Below are positions 40,608-49,800 of a DNA stretch of 64,000 nucleotides, piece after piece. The DNA lies in assembly GCA_964650355.1 (NCBI GenBank), contig CAZYTL010000001.1, positions 149,552 through 213,551 of the forward strand. The letters run 5' to 3'. This DNA comes from an uncultured Gammaproteobacteria bacterium. GTDB lineage: Bacteria > Patescibacteriota > Microgenomatia > CAYXHB01 > CAZYTL01. The notes under the pieces were generated by a model, which was not told the DNA's origin, ran no database searches, and saw nothing but the letters and a program-made list of their open reading frames with translations. The position numbers and the translations under genes are program-made. Position 1 is the stretch's first letter. The number at the start of each line of letters is the position of its first letter.

Positions 40608-40730
40608 ATATTTAGTGACTATAACTTTGTGATTATGGTCGTTATATTCACCTCCTTTCCTGAAAAAATGAAATTAGAATTAATTTTTGGGTGTACGGGG
40701 TTTTTGTACAGAACCCCGCTAAACTGTTAG

Positions 40731-41888
40731 TTATTTGAACTCACTGGCATCCTGGGTCAGTGACACCATCAAATCAGCCCCATCATAAAAGGTTTTAGCA
40801 CCAATACCGATTACTCCCTTCGGTAAATCAGCAAATCCCTTTTCTTTAGTCTCAATCTCTAATCTTAGAAATTGAAGGACCACATCGATAGCACCCCTGA
40901 TCATGAACCCGGCAGTTACCTGTTGACCGCTCCATACATCTGCTGCTGCGGTTAAGGTTTCGGAAACGGAGATATCGCCGTATCCCGAGAAGACCATATC
41001 TTCAGCGGAGGTGCAGGTAACAGCTCTTTTTCTCGTCAACATGAACCTATCTCTTTCAGAAAGTTCGATGTATGTCGTCCCAGCACCAGATCCGGCTTCT
41101 ACAGCCTTTTCTAGGTTAGCTCTGGAAGTTGCCGCATCAGTGCCAATGTCCACGTCACCCGGATTAGTAGGTGAGGCCACAAACTTAAAAGTGACGCCGG
41201 CAATCGTTACCGTATCATCGGCAGTCGGATTGGTAGCTATCTTTAGGGTAGCAGTCCAGGGTAGATTGTTATTTTGTACTACGATCCAACCCATCCAGGG
41301 ACCCACAACACCATTAGACAATACCGAATCACCCAATCTTGATTCACGGTCAGCCTTGGCTCTTCGCAGTTTAGCCACGGTCCGGGGACCCATAACAAGC
41401 GCCCTCATGAGAGTTTCATAGGGGGCATCAACGGATCCTAGTTTACTTTCAGCCTCTTCGAGAATATCTAAGATATTTGTAGAAGAGACAAGCACCGGCG
41501 ATCCGGAAATATTGTGTCCAGCATTGGCAATTTCACTGAGGAATTTCTGCTCCACTAAGTTCATTAATCCTTTGCGGATTGACAAGAGTGAGTGGGCCAC
41601 CAAGTCATAAGGTGTCTGCGCCTCCTCCGTGACATCAATATCCTCCGCTGCATATTTGTAAGTATCCACCGTCAATGTCTGCTTGGCTGCAGATTTCTTG
41701 GAAAATTCGATGTCGTTATGAGGTATATAAGTTCCGGTCAATGGGTGAGACGCAATTGGTCTATGAGCCTTATGGCCATCAGTGCTGATAATTTGTTCAA
41801 GAGTCTGGTTTGCCAGCCAAATAGCTGTATTATCGGTATACAAGTCGGCCTGTAAATCACCCCAGAATTCCTGTTTTAAATCGTCCAT
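40731..41888 (-). CDS. Major capsid protein (P22-coat-like, with inserted domain)
   Basis: 385 aa after scaffold; LTVDTYKYAA, NGVVG..MG..V..NNLP, IGAKTF. Confidence 0.8.
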   Translation of the reverse strand: MDDLKQEFWGDLQADLYTDNTAIWLANQTLEQIISTDGHKAHRPIASHPLTGTYIPHNDIEFSKKSAAKQTLTVDTYKYAAEDIDVTEEAQTPYDLVAHSLLSIRKGLMNLVEQKFLSEIANAGHNISGSPVLVSSTNILDILEEAESKLGSVDAPYETLMRALVMGPRTVAKLRRAKADRESRLGDSVLSNGVVGPWMGWIVVQNNNLPWTATLKIATNPTADDTVTIAGVTFKFVASPTNPGDVDIGTDAATSRANLEKAVEAGSGAGTTYIELSERDRFMLTRKRAVTCTSAEDMVFSGYGDISVSETLTAAADVWSGQQVTAGFMIRGAIDVVLQFLRLEIETKEKGFADLPKGVIGIGAKTFYDGADLMVSLTQDASEFK

Positions 41889-41950
41889 ATTATTTTCACC
41901 CCCCTTCTAAGTAGGAATAGTTCGGGGGAAGAATTACCAGAAGTTAGTTC

Positions 41951-42619
41951 TTATTCACCATGCTCGCGTCGATATTTTTCCCTTGCTGCTTTTGCCTCTC
42001 TCCAGGCTTTAACGCCTTCATCAGTAGTAAAATCAAAGTCTTCATGACGGAGGGGCTTAGCAGGATCGGTGCTGGTTGCATAAGAACCCCTGCTGGTTCG
42101 CTTAGGAGTGGCGGCTTTTATCCGTGCCTCCCGTTCCTCTTTTTCTTTCATGGAAAGAATATAAGGATGTTTAGCTGCTTCCCCTATAGAAATACCCTTT
42201 AACTTCGCCAAGTCTTTGACTTCTGATTTCAGCTCGTCAGACAAATTTAAGGAATTCAGTTCCATGTCTTCAAAACGAGCGTCTAGCTTCTTGTCAATCG
42301 CTTCGTCCGTTAATGGCGTTTCTTTAGGTTTGGTGTTATCCTCCTCCGGCTTATCCTTCGGTTTTTCGGAAGTCTTTTGATTTTTCTGGGCTACTTCCCT
42401 CCAGTTGATCTTTTGCTTGATCGCCCCGGACAACTTTTCATGGTGGGTTTTTTCCCGTTCGACGAGTTTGCCGAGCAGTTCTGAGTCCTCTTCCAGGTCA
42501 AGCTCGAAATCTTCGGCCAGTTTACTTCTCAACTCGTCATTATTGACTTCCTTTTTTGCCTCCTCTTCAGCTTTCTGCTCCTCTGGAGACACCTCGAGGT
42601 CTTTATCTTTTTCGTCCAT
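41951..42619 (-). CDS. Putative capsid scaffolding protein
   Basis: Highly charged helical ORF immediately upstream of MCP. Confidence 0.7.
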   Translation of the reverse strand: MDEKDKDLEVSPEEQKAEEEAKKEVNNDELRSKLAEDFELDLEEDSELLGKLVEREKTHHEKLSGAIKQKINWREVAQKNQKTSEKPKDKPEEDNTKPKETPLTDEAIDKKLDARFEDMELNSLNLSDELKSEVKDLAKLKGISIGEAAKHPYILSMKEKEEREARIKAATPKRTSRGSYATSTDPAKPLRHEDFDFTTDEGVKAWREAKAAREKYRREHGE

Positions 42620-42638
42620 AGGACTAAATTTTTTCAAT

Positions 42639-42733
42639 AAAAAAACCGCCATCTGGCGGTATTGTCAAGAGAAGAGAAAGCGTTGTGGCGAACTCTTCCC
42701 CTGACCAAACAGTCAGAGGGTTCACAACGCTTT
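42639..42733 (-). promoter_or_regulatory. Cassette copy 3 (35-nt structured loop) plus downstream terminator
   Basis: AAAGCGTTGTG-35nt-CACAACGCTTT, then AATACCGCC-AGAT-GGCGGTTTTTTT; no clear -10. Confidence 0.8.
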
Positions 42734-42747
42734 AATAAAAATTTCAA

Positions 42748-43218
42748 TTATTTATTGTCCGGATTAAATCTATGCCCACAAGCCGGACATTTAATGCTTG
42801 GCTCCACTTTCTTAAATTCGACCCGATAATCCCCCTTAGCCGCAAACTGATTAGCCAATTTAGCGAATCCCTTTCCATGGGTTTCCACGTCATATCTACG
42901 GACCTCTCTTTTATCTTTATACACCACAGCCACATTATCGTCTTTCCCAGGTTTGGAAGTTGAGGCGGGAGACGTCGCCGGCGATGCTCCTTGAGGGCTT
43001 GCGGGTCCTCCACCGCCAGCCGCATCATCGCCTTCAACTCCCTTGCCTTCCTCACCAGCCGTATCCTCAACCTCTTTATCAACATTCTCATTACCAGCTG
43101 CTTGATCTCCACCTTTCTCCTTTTCCTTGACAAACTTTTCCAAATCTTCTTGTGATGCACCAACCACGTTACCGTAACCCAATTCTGTCGCTCGTTTTTG
43201 AAGTTCTTTGTAATCCAT
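42748..43218 (-). CDS. hypothetical phage protein (Rho-N-like N-terminus, acidic linker, CPAC)
   Basis: MDYKELQKRATELG pattern. Confidence 0.65.
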   Translation of the reverse strand: MDYKELQKRATELGYGNVVGASQEDLEKFVKEKEKGGDQAAGNENVDKEVEDTAGEEGKGVEGDDAAGGGGPASPQGASPATSPASTSKPGKDDNVAVVYKDKREVRRYDVETHGKGFAKLANQFAAKGDYRVEFKKVEPSIKCPACGHRFNPDNK

Positions 43219-43284
43219 GTGAATCTGTTAGATCCACAACGCTTTGATAAATACTTTATAACACATCTGTCAATCTCTTGTCAA
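43219..43284 (-). promoter_or_regulatory. Promoter-hairpin cassette copy 4
   Basis: TTGACA-18-TATAAA-9nt-AAAGCGTTGTGGATC TAACA GATTCAC-ATG. Confidence 0.8.
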
Positions 43285-43428
43285 TCAAAGTCCATAACGT
43301 CTTTCTACTTTTTTGGCTCGTTGCTTTCTTTTCCGCCTCAGCGCCTCTCGGGGATCCGGATTTTTCGCTTCCTCTATCGCGTCTTCCAGCCATTTCTTGA
43401 ACTGCTGGTTAGTGTGCTCACTTCCCAT
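43285..43428 (-). CDS. 47-aa basic protein ending RRYGL (not in ORF track)
   Basis: MGSEHTNQQFKKWLEDAIEEAKNPDPREALRRKRKQRAKKVERRYGL; starts 1 nt after upstream stop. Confidence 0.6.
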   Translation of the reverse strand: MGSEHTNQQFKKWLEDAIEEAKNPDPREALRRKRKQRAKKVERRYGL

Positions 43429-43429
43429 T

Positions 43430-43642
43430 TTAGATAACTCTTAAATAAACATTCACCTTGTCCATCCTGGTAATTTCAGCCGGCAGTTCATAATGCTTTT
43501 GTCCTTTTAATACATCACAAAATATCCAACCCAGACACTTCTCAGAAATCAATTCTTCTGATTTAACCATGATAGCGGCTGGCACGTCTTTGGTGGGTGA
43601 TTCAGATAAAATAATGATTTTACCCTTTATTCTTACCTTCAT
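43430..43642 (-). CDS. hypothetical phage protein
   Basis: ATGA overlap with upstream gene. Confidence 0.6.
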   Translation of the reverse strand: MKVRIKGKIIILSESPTKDVPAAIMVKSEELISEKCLGWIFCDVLKGQKHYELPAEITRMDKVNVYLRVI

Positions 43643-43899
43643 AAACCAAATTGCTCCTTTCTGGCTTGAATTTGCTGTGGAGTAGGTTCGATCTTTTCCC
43701 TGTAATTCACAAATGGGCTTAATATCTCCCGCAGTTTTTTAGACGCCAGTAATCTCACCTTTGCTTCTTCACCGGCTTTATCATTATCCAGTTTATCCAA
43801 ACCCTCGACCGTGTCCAACTTACCAATCACGGTCAAAATATGTGCTACCAAGGCTTCGAAATCGGGATTACCCCGAAGTCTTTTAACAATTTCATCCAT
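43639..43899 (-). CDS. Small helical head-module protein
   Basis: Start MDEI behind cassette copy 5; resembles small proteins usually found between portal and scaffold. Confidence 0.6.
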   Translation of the reverse strand: MDEIVKRLRGNPDFEALVAHILTVIGKLDTVEGLDKLDNDKAGEEAKVRLLASKKLREILSPFVNYREKIEPTPQQIQARKEQFGL

Positions 43900-43901
43900 A
43901 T

Positions 43902-43961
43902 AAAGCGCCGGACAATAAATCACAACGCTTTTTTTGAATCAGTTTCTATTTCATTATATCA
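43902..43961 (-). promoter_or_regulatory. Promoter-hairpin cassette copy 5
   Basis: TGATATAAT (TGA = terL stop)-21nt-AAAGCGTTGTGA TTTATTG TCCGGCGCTTT-AT-ATG. Confidence 0.8.
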
Positions 43962-45182
43962 CAGTCCATAAGCCTTCCTCACGGTCTCCTGTTTTTGTGT
44001 CCGATTATATATCTGGCGCTTCTTAGTCAATTCCTCTTTTTTAGGATCCCGATGTTCCAGAGTAGACATCCCGTAACGGGCAGCGTCCATCAAATGATCC
44101 CAGATTTTTTCCGGCACATTAGGAGAAATTAACTTTCCTAATCTGTCAGTCGCCCAGACATAATTGCGGTATTCTTTAATCAAATTTACACTTCGTTTAG
44201 TCACACTAATAGGCACGTCCTGCATAAATTGAATTCCCTGTCTAACCGAATCTTTACCTTTATCTGCTGCTCTGATATTCACGCCATAAGAATAAATCTC
44301 GTCTATGCTCTTAGGCTCTGCCGAATCAGCTATTACTAAAATATGAGCCTGCGGTAAATACAGAATAAAATCCGCGATCTGTTTATTTGACATTCCTTTT
44401 TGATAAAGTTGTTCATCAAAAATATATCCCCCGTTCAGATAATAAATATCCACCAAGGCTGTTGGATCCAAAGAGTAACCAAAATCCAGTCCTCGCCGTT
44501 CTAGCCGCGCCTCGTGGGGTATTCCATCGATTATTTGCCATCCTATATAAATTTTACCTATTAACTCTCCAAATAATCCCTCCCCATAAACTCTCCAAAA
44601 ATTCTTATTATTTTTCCTCGCCTCAATGGATTGGATAATATTTTCAGATAATGCCTCATTGTCATTATAAGTTAAAATTATATGATCATAATCTTTTCTC
44701 TTAGGTAAAATCTCTTCTGATACCCAAAATTCAGCTACCGGATTATAATCCAAAAAAACAAACTCATTAGTTCTGATTTCCAACTGTTCAAATGTTTCAA
44801 AAGGTACATTATTCGCCTCATTAATAAACAGCCTGTCCCGCCTCGGTCCCCGAACCTTGCCCGGCTGGTCTGCAGAAAAAAATTCTAGCTTGCTTCCCGT
44901 TTCAAAAATATAGAGATAATCAGTTTTATTCCATCGCTGGTTTCTAAAGAGATTTAATCCTCCCATTATGTTCAAAAAGTCCCTCATTGCCCCTCTTTTT
45001 AAATGTGGGAAACTCTCTGACACTACACTAGTCAACGTAGGCTTCTCGTCTCTTTGGGCGCGGTCTATCAAATAAATCAAAATACTAAAGGTTTTTGAAG
45101 AAGCAGTCCCACCCTGAATAATTCTCAATCGTTTAGTTAGCTCCTGGATCTTCTTGGTCGCCGTGGTTATTCCTGGCTGCAT
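43959..45182 (-). CDS. terL: Terminase large subunit (PBSX-like)
   Basis: QGGTASSKT, RGPRRDRLFINEAN, DYNP, GLDFGYSLDP, ADSAEPKSI, DHLMDAARY. Confidence 0.93.
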   Translation of the reverse strand: MQPGITTATKKIQELTKRLRIIQGGTASSKTFSILIYLIDRAQRDEKPTLTSVVSESFPHLKRGAMRDFLNIMGGLNLFRNQRWNKTDYLYIFETGSKLEFFSADQPGKVRGPRRDRLFINEANNVPFETFEQLEIRTNEFVFLDYNPVAEFWVSEEILPKRKDYDHIILTYNDNEALSENIIQSIEARKNNKNFWRVYGEGLFGELIGKIYIGWQIIDGIPHEARLERRGLDFGYSLDPTALVDIYYLNGGYIFDEQLYQKGMSNKQIADFILYLPQAHILVIADSAEPKSIDEIYSYGVNIRAADKGKDSVRQGIQFMQDVPISVTKRSVNLIKEYRNYVWATDRLGKLISPNVPEKIWDHLMDAARYGMSTLEHRDPKKEELTKKRQIYNRTQKQETVRKAYGL

Positions 45183-45624
45183 AATCTAGTAAAGGAATCG
45201 GCTTTCCGCCGCTAGTTAAATCAGTTTCAGTCCTGTCTTTCCACCGAGAATAGTTGTTTTTCAGATTAAACATTGCTCCGGTCGGATTTTTCCCGATAAA
45301 CAATGATTCTTCAGCGTAACCTTCACATATCCCTTTCGCTCTTTTTATCGTGTCAGAAAACCTAGTTTTCTCCTCATAATCCAACAGGGTTTCTCTTGTT
45401 GTATTCAATGCCACCGCCAATCCAGTAATTATGTAAGGCTTGAACTGCTCCATTACCTTCTTTTTTGTTACTTTTCCGGTTTTATCTTTGTGAAACACAA
45501 GATTGCCATCCCGATCTATTTTCTGTCTCCAACAAGATTTAAAATACTTGTTGATTTTTTTCTCCAATTCCTTGATCGATTTGAATTTCAATGGTCTTCC
45601 GCCCTTGTTAATAATTTTAGCCAT
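45133..45624 (-). CDS. terS: Terminase small subunit
   Basis: GRPLKF, ITGLAVAL..TRETLLDY, FSDTIKRAK, GAMFNLKN; overlaps terL. Confidence 0.85.
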   Translation of the reverse strand: MAKIINKGGRPLKFKSIKELEKKINKYFKSCWRQKIDRDGNLVFHKDKTGKVTKKKVMEQFKPYIITGLAVALNTTRETLLDYEEKTRFSDTIKRAKGICEGYAEESLFIGKNPTGAMFNLKNNYSRWKDRTETDLTSGGKPIPLLDYAARNNHGDQEDPGAN

Positions 45625-45641
45625 ATGCCTTAGTTACACGC

Positions 45642-45689
45642 AAAAAAAGCGCCGTGAACTATCTCACAACGCTTTATTAAATTATAACA
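45642..45689 (-). promoter_or_regulatory. Promoter-hairpin cassette copy 6 (terS)
   Basis: TGTTATAAT-5nt-AAAGCGTTGTGAG ATAG TTCACGGCGCTTTTTTT; ATG 17 nt later. Confidence 0.85.
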
Positions 45690-45712
45690 TAGCAGTATAA
45701 TATATTCATTAG

Positions 45713-45786
45713 TGCGCTCCTCTAGACTTGAACTAGAATCTAAACGTTCGATACACGTTTGCTTTATCCAATTAAGCTAGGAGCGC
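45713..45786 (-). tRNA. Phage tRNA(-like) gene, anticodon ATC, Arg-like body
   Basis: GCGCTCC/GGAGCGC, GCTT/AAGC, AACGT-GTATCGA-ACGTT, TCTAG-TTCAAGT-CTAGA: all stems paired. Confidence 0.85.
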
Positions 45787-45877
45787 ATTTTTGTGCATAA
45801 AAAAAGCGCCCTTTGTGTTGCTCAGGGCGCTTTGCTCAGTTTCCCGAGCAACACAAAAGACGTTTATAGATTTAAGC

Positions 45878-45942
45878 AAAGCGCGTGGTATTTCACAGCG
45901 CTTTTAATAATTCCAGTATATTATTTGGGGACCAGCTGTCAA
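45878..45942 (-). promoter_or_regulatory. Promoter-hairpin cassette copy 7 (variant, tRNA unit)
   Basis: TTGACA-16-TATACT-10nt-AAAGCGCTGTG AAATAC CACGCGCTTT. Confidence 0.75.
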
Positions 45943-45998
45943 GATCGATTGAATGTGCTATAATTTTTGTTAAGACATATAAAAATCCTCCTTGTTAT

Positions 45999-46367
45999 AT
46001 GAATTGGTTAATCAATCATAGTGAGTGGACTTTTCCAATTCTTTTAATATTAGCTCCAATTGGGGTATTTATTCTTTACCGCTTTTTTGAGTGGGAAGAA
46101 AAAATAACTACAAAAACTATAAACTCCATTGAAAAAAACTTAAATAGTAATCTCAAAAATTTACCCCAAAATAAATTGTCTATAATTATAGTTCTAATTA
46201 TTAGTATTTTATTGATAACTTTTTATTGGTTTGAGTGGCGTCCTTCTCAAGTTAAAGCTTATTGTAATCAGTACACCCGCTGGAATGAAAATGGACCTAA
46301 AGTCGATCCTCGTTCCAGATTTTATGATATCTACTACAAAGATTGCCTCCACTCCAAAGGACTCTAA
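45999..46367 (+). CDS. Two-TM membrane protein (moron)
   Basis: Opposite strand, AT-rich, own TGCTATAAT at 45956-45964. Confidence 0.6.
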   Translation: MNWLINHSEWTFPILLILAPIGVFILYRFFEWEEKITTKTINSIEKNLNSNLKNLPQNKLSIIIVLIISILLITFYWFEWRPSQVKAYCNQYTRWNENGPKVDPRSRFYDIYYKDCLHSKGL

Positions 46368-46875
46368 AATTAAGTTGTTCAAAACTGTTACTTTTGTTAT
46401 CTTCGTTATTGGTGTAACGACGTTTAACTATGCAATCTGGAAGAAATCTTCACTCTCTCAAAATATAGAGAGCTGTCCAATTAATAAGCTTGGTATTGAA
46501 TTATTGCCGACCAACATTCAAAACAGTAAAACCATCATCCAACTCATAAAGAAAAACTGTTATTTAGCTTCAACCGCTTTTGAAGATTTTACTCACGATG
46601 GAAGAAAAGACATTTTATTAACCGGAATAGGATATGGATGTGTAAGTTGTCATGCCCGTGATATATACATTCTAAATAATAATAAAATTATTTTTTCATA
46701 TACTGGGGATGATGCCAATATAAAGCAAATTCCAGACGGATTCTTGTTAACAGAACCCATCCGTAAGACCGAGGAGCCATATTGTTGTCCTTCTCAATCA
46801 ATAAGTACCGAATATGATTATTCTCCACAAACAAATAGCTTTATTAAAACCCAGTCAATTATTATAGACAATTAA
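46324..46875 (+). CDS. Membrane-anchored Cys-containing exported protein (moron; start uncertain)
   Basis: TM, then DFTHDGRKD, GCVSCH, EPYCCPS. Confidence 0.6.
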   Translation: MISTTKIASTPKDSKIKLFKTVTFVIFVIGVTTFNYAIWKKSSLSQNIESCPINKLGIELLPTNIQNSKTIIQLIKKNCYLASTAFEDFTHDGRKDILLTGIGYGCVSCHARDIYILNNNKIIFSYTGDDANIKQIPDGFLLTEPIRKTEEPYCCPSQSISTEYDYSPQTNSFIKTQSIIIDN

Positions 46876-46877
46876 TC

Positions 46878-49800
46878 TCAGTAAGAAATTTTTAAGCCCA
46901 ATTCTTTCAATACCACCGGATCAATTCCCGCAACCACCTTGTTAAGATATTGCTTTCCCAATGTGTCTATATCCTTTGATTTGACCCTATTCACCCCTCG
47001 ATTATAGGCAACGATTGCCTTCGCATAATCTCCTTCAAAAGTCTTCAAGTTTTGCTTGATAATTTTAGTTGCATAAACAATCGAAAAAACAGGATCAAGC
47101 GCCTGTTCTTGGGTCACGTTAGGATGAGCATTGCTATTTAATTGAGCAATTCCCACATCCCAGGATCCATCGCTATTCTGATTTTTAGCACCAGGATTAA
47201 ATCCGCTTTCACTGAAAAAGATCGACGCCATCACTGCCGGCACCACGCCTGAGTTTTCAGCAGCCGAATTAATCAATCCTCCAATCTGCTCATTCGGCTT
47301 TTTTCTTTCTTTCTCCTTAAATCCGGAGACTATAGCCGATGTAGGAATTGGCTCCGGATTCTTGCTCGATTGTTGAACCTCTGCGGCGGCCTCCTGACTA
47401 GCGATGTAATTCGGGGCTCCATCCGGCCACTCCTTCCCTGTTACCTCCGGATACATTTTCTGCCAGGCTGCCAACGCCCGATCCTTTTCTTCCTCAGTGT
47501 CAAAAATAGAAGTCTGACCATTGGGATAAGAAACCTCAATCTTCCCATTGAGTAGATCTCTTACACGATAGGGATCCTCATCAGTTTTTTCAGTCAATCC
47601 TTCTGGCTTGGCTGTAGGACTTACCCAGGTTACTGGTTCGCGCTGAAATAATCTTGTGATTGCCCGCTTAACCTTCTCCCAAAAAGAAGGTTTGGGATTC
47701 GCCTTTTCTCTCTCCCAATCTGCCTTAGTCCAATTCTCAGCCGCTAATACATCCGGGACAATCTTTGCGTGGGCAGACTCCAGGAAACCTAAAAGTAAAT
47801 TCTGTTCATCTGTGGGCGCCTCTCCTACTTCTCTCCGGATCCGTTTAAGCGCCTCATCGCTAATTACCTTATTTTTACGTGCGGTATTCAACAGATCATC
47901 ATATTGCTCCGGTGTCAAAGATTTCTTATATAGCTTCATTAATTCTACTTTCTCGTCATTCGTTGTCGCCTCGATTAAACTATCCATTTCTTGGCTCACT
48001 TCACCCTTGATCAATCCAATCTTAAACTTCTTTAGCGTATTTGTCCGCCGGCGTCTATCCGCCTCAGTAAGGATTTTGTCCCCTACAACCTCCCTCACCA
48101 GTTCCTTTTTAAGTCGATCTACCGATTCCGGATTTTCCTTTCCCCGTTTAATATAATCAGCCAGAATCTTTCTTTCCTTCAAAACCCGCTGAGCAGCCTG
48201 TTTATCTAATTCTTTCTTGATTACCTGCTCTGACTCCTTCATTCCATAATCCGTGGACTTAATCGCCCGATTGACTAAAGGAATATTTTTCAATAAATAA
48301 TCAAGTGTGGTATCTGTTTCGTCTGAATAGGTAGTAAACTGGGAGAAACCCAACTCATTCGTTGTCCATTTAATCATCTTCATATACATCGGTAATCCTC
48401 CAGCCTTCCAGGTAATATCGTCAACTACTGGCCGGCCCCTGTAGTTATCGTAAGGATTCTTGCCCTGTAATACGTTCATCCATGCGCCGCCAATTTCCCA
48501 AAGCGGGGTCATTGAGGGAATGTAACCGGATAATAAGTAACCAATTTGTTCCGGTTTTTTGAGGTCATGGTTAAGATAAGTTCCGAGCTTCCAGACAACA
48601 GCAGAGAAGAGCCGTCCGGTTTCGTCCTGGGGGATCCGCCAGTAAGTCGCCTTGCCATTCTTCCTCAAACCCAGAGGGACAATGATATAGTTTGTCTTGT
48701 CATATTCAGTCGCTTTATCTAAAATCTCCTTCACCGTAGCCCCGAAAAGCCCAGCAATCCCAGCCAGCATTAACATTTTAGGTAAAATATCTACTTGAAA
48801 AGTCTTCATCCAGTATCCGGACCGAGTTTGGGGGTTGGTTGCCAGCTCAAAGTCAGTCCGGAGAGCCTGAAGCGCTACATTAGAAAATACAAATACATTA
48901 TTATCCACCACCTTCTGATTCCCGCCATCTATAAAATTAGGAGTACCTACATAGTTACGGGTAATAAATCCGGCCTCCCTTCCGCTTAACTCTCGCTTCT
49001 TGGTCAATTGATAACCTGCTACCTTACTGGTAGTTTCAAACGTAGATCCCACCAGCTCGATTCCATTAAGAATTTTTCGAACCGGTTTTAACATCTGCTC
49101 TTTAAGCCCGCCCTGTTTAACGTCGTCAGTCACGGGGCGGTAACGCTTGATGATTGGCTTTAACCACTCCGCCTCATTCGCAGTGGTATCAAACTTAGTA
49201 AATGGTGTAGTAAATGCCCGATAGTCTAATGCCTCTCTTACCAACGGATCAATTACGTCATTCTGGTAACGGTAAGCCCCCGGAATTGCCTTTAGATACT
49301 CAGATATAAATTCAATAATAGATAATCCCTTTTTATTACCCACCTGTGGGAGTATTGCGCCTAAATTTTTATATGTCCTCTTGGCGTCTCTGATAATATT
49401 GGCGTAAAATCCCCAGGAAATATTGTAAGTAGTCACTACCGGCTTAAACAGTCGATTAAATGCCCCAGATGCTTTGACAATATTATGAATTTCACCCGGC
49501 AGATAAAAGTCAAACATTTGTGCGATATAGGGATCCACGTCATAGGCAATTCGTTTACCATCTTCAAATAATTCCAACGGGACTCGATTTTTAACTTTCT
49601 TCCACCCCACCCGCACACCTTTAGGTTTAACTGGCTTGCTCTTGGAAATATCTGTTGGGAAATTTTCAAGTAATTGATCAACAACCGCCCTCTTGCCTTT
49701 CTGTAGTTCGATTTGCTCTATCAATGCCGCCGTCTTGAGAATTGATGAAGTAGCTGGATTTTCTATTGGCTTTAGTGTTCCTATTGCTTCTTTAATTGCC

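Noticed and set aside
42744-43163. 139-aa alternative-frame ORF overlapping 42748-43218
   Set aside because: Shadow of purine-rich codons; the other frame has the cassette-linked ATG.
46636-46653. CxxCH as a c-type cytochrome
   Set aside because: Context is a Cys-rich exported beta protein; no maturation genes seen; disulfides more likely.
47656-48156. Antisense ORFs in the track (this and similar short ones)
   Set aside because: Fully nested opposite well-supported genes, no motifs.
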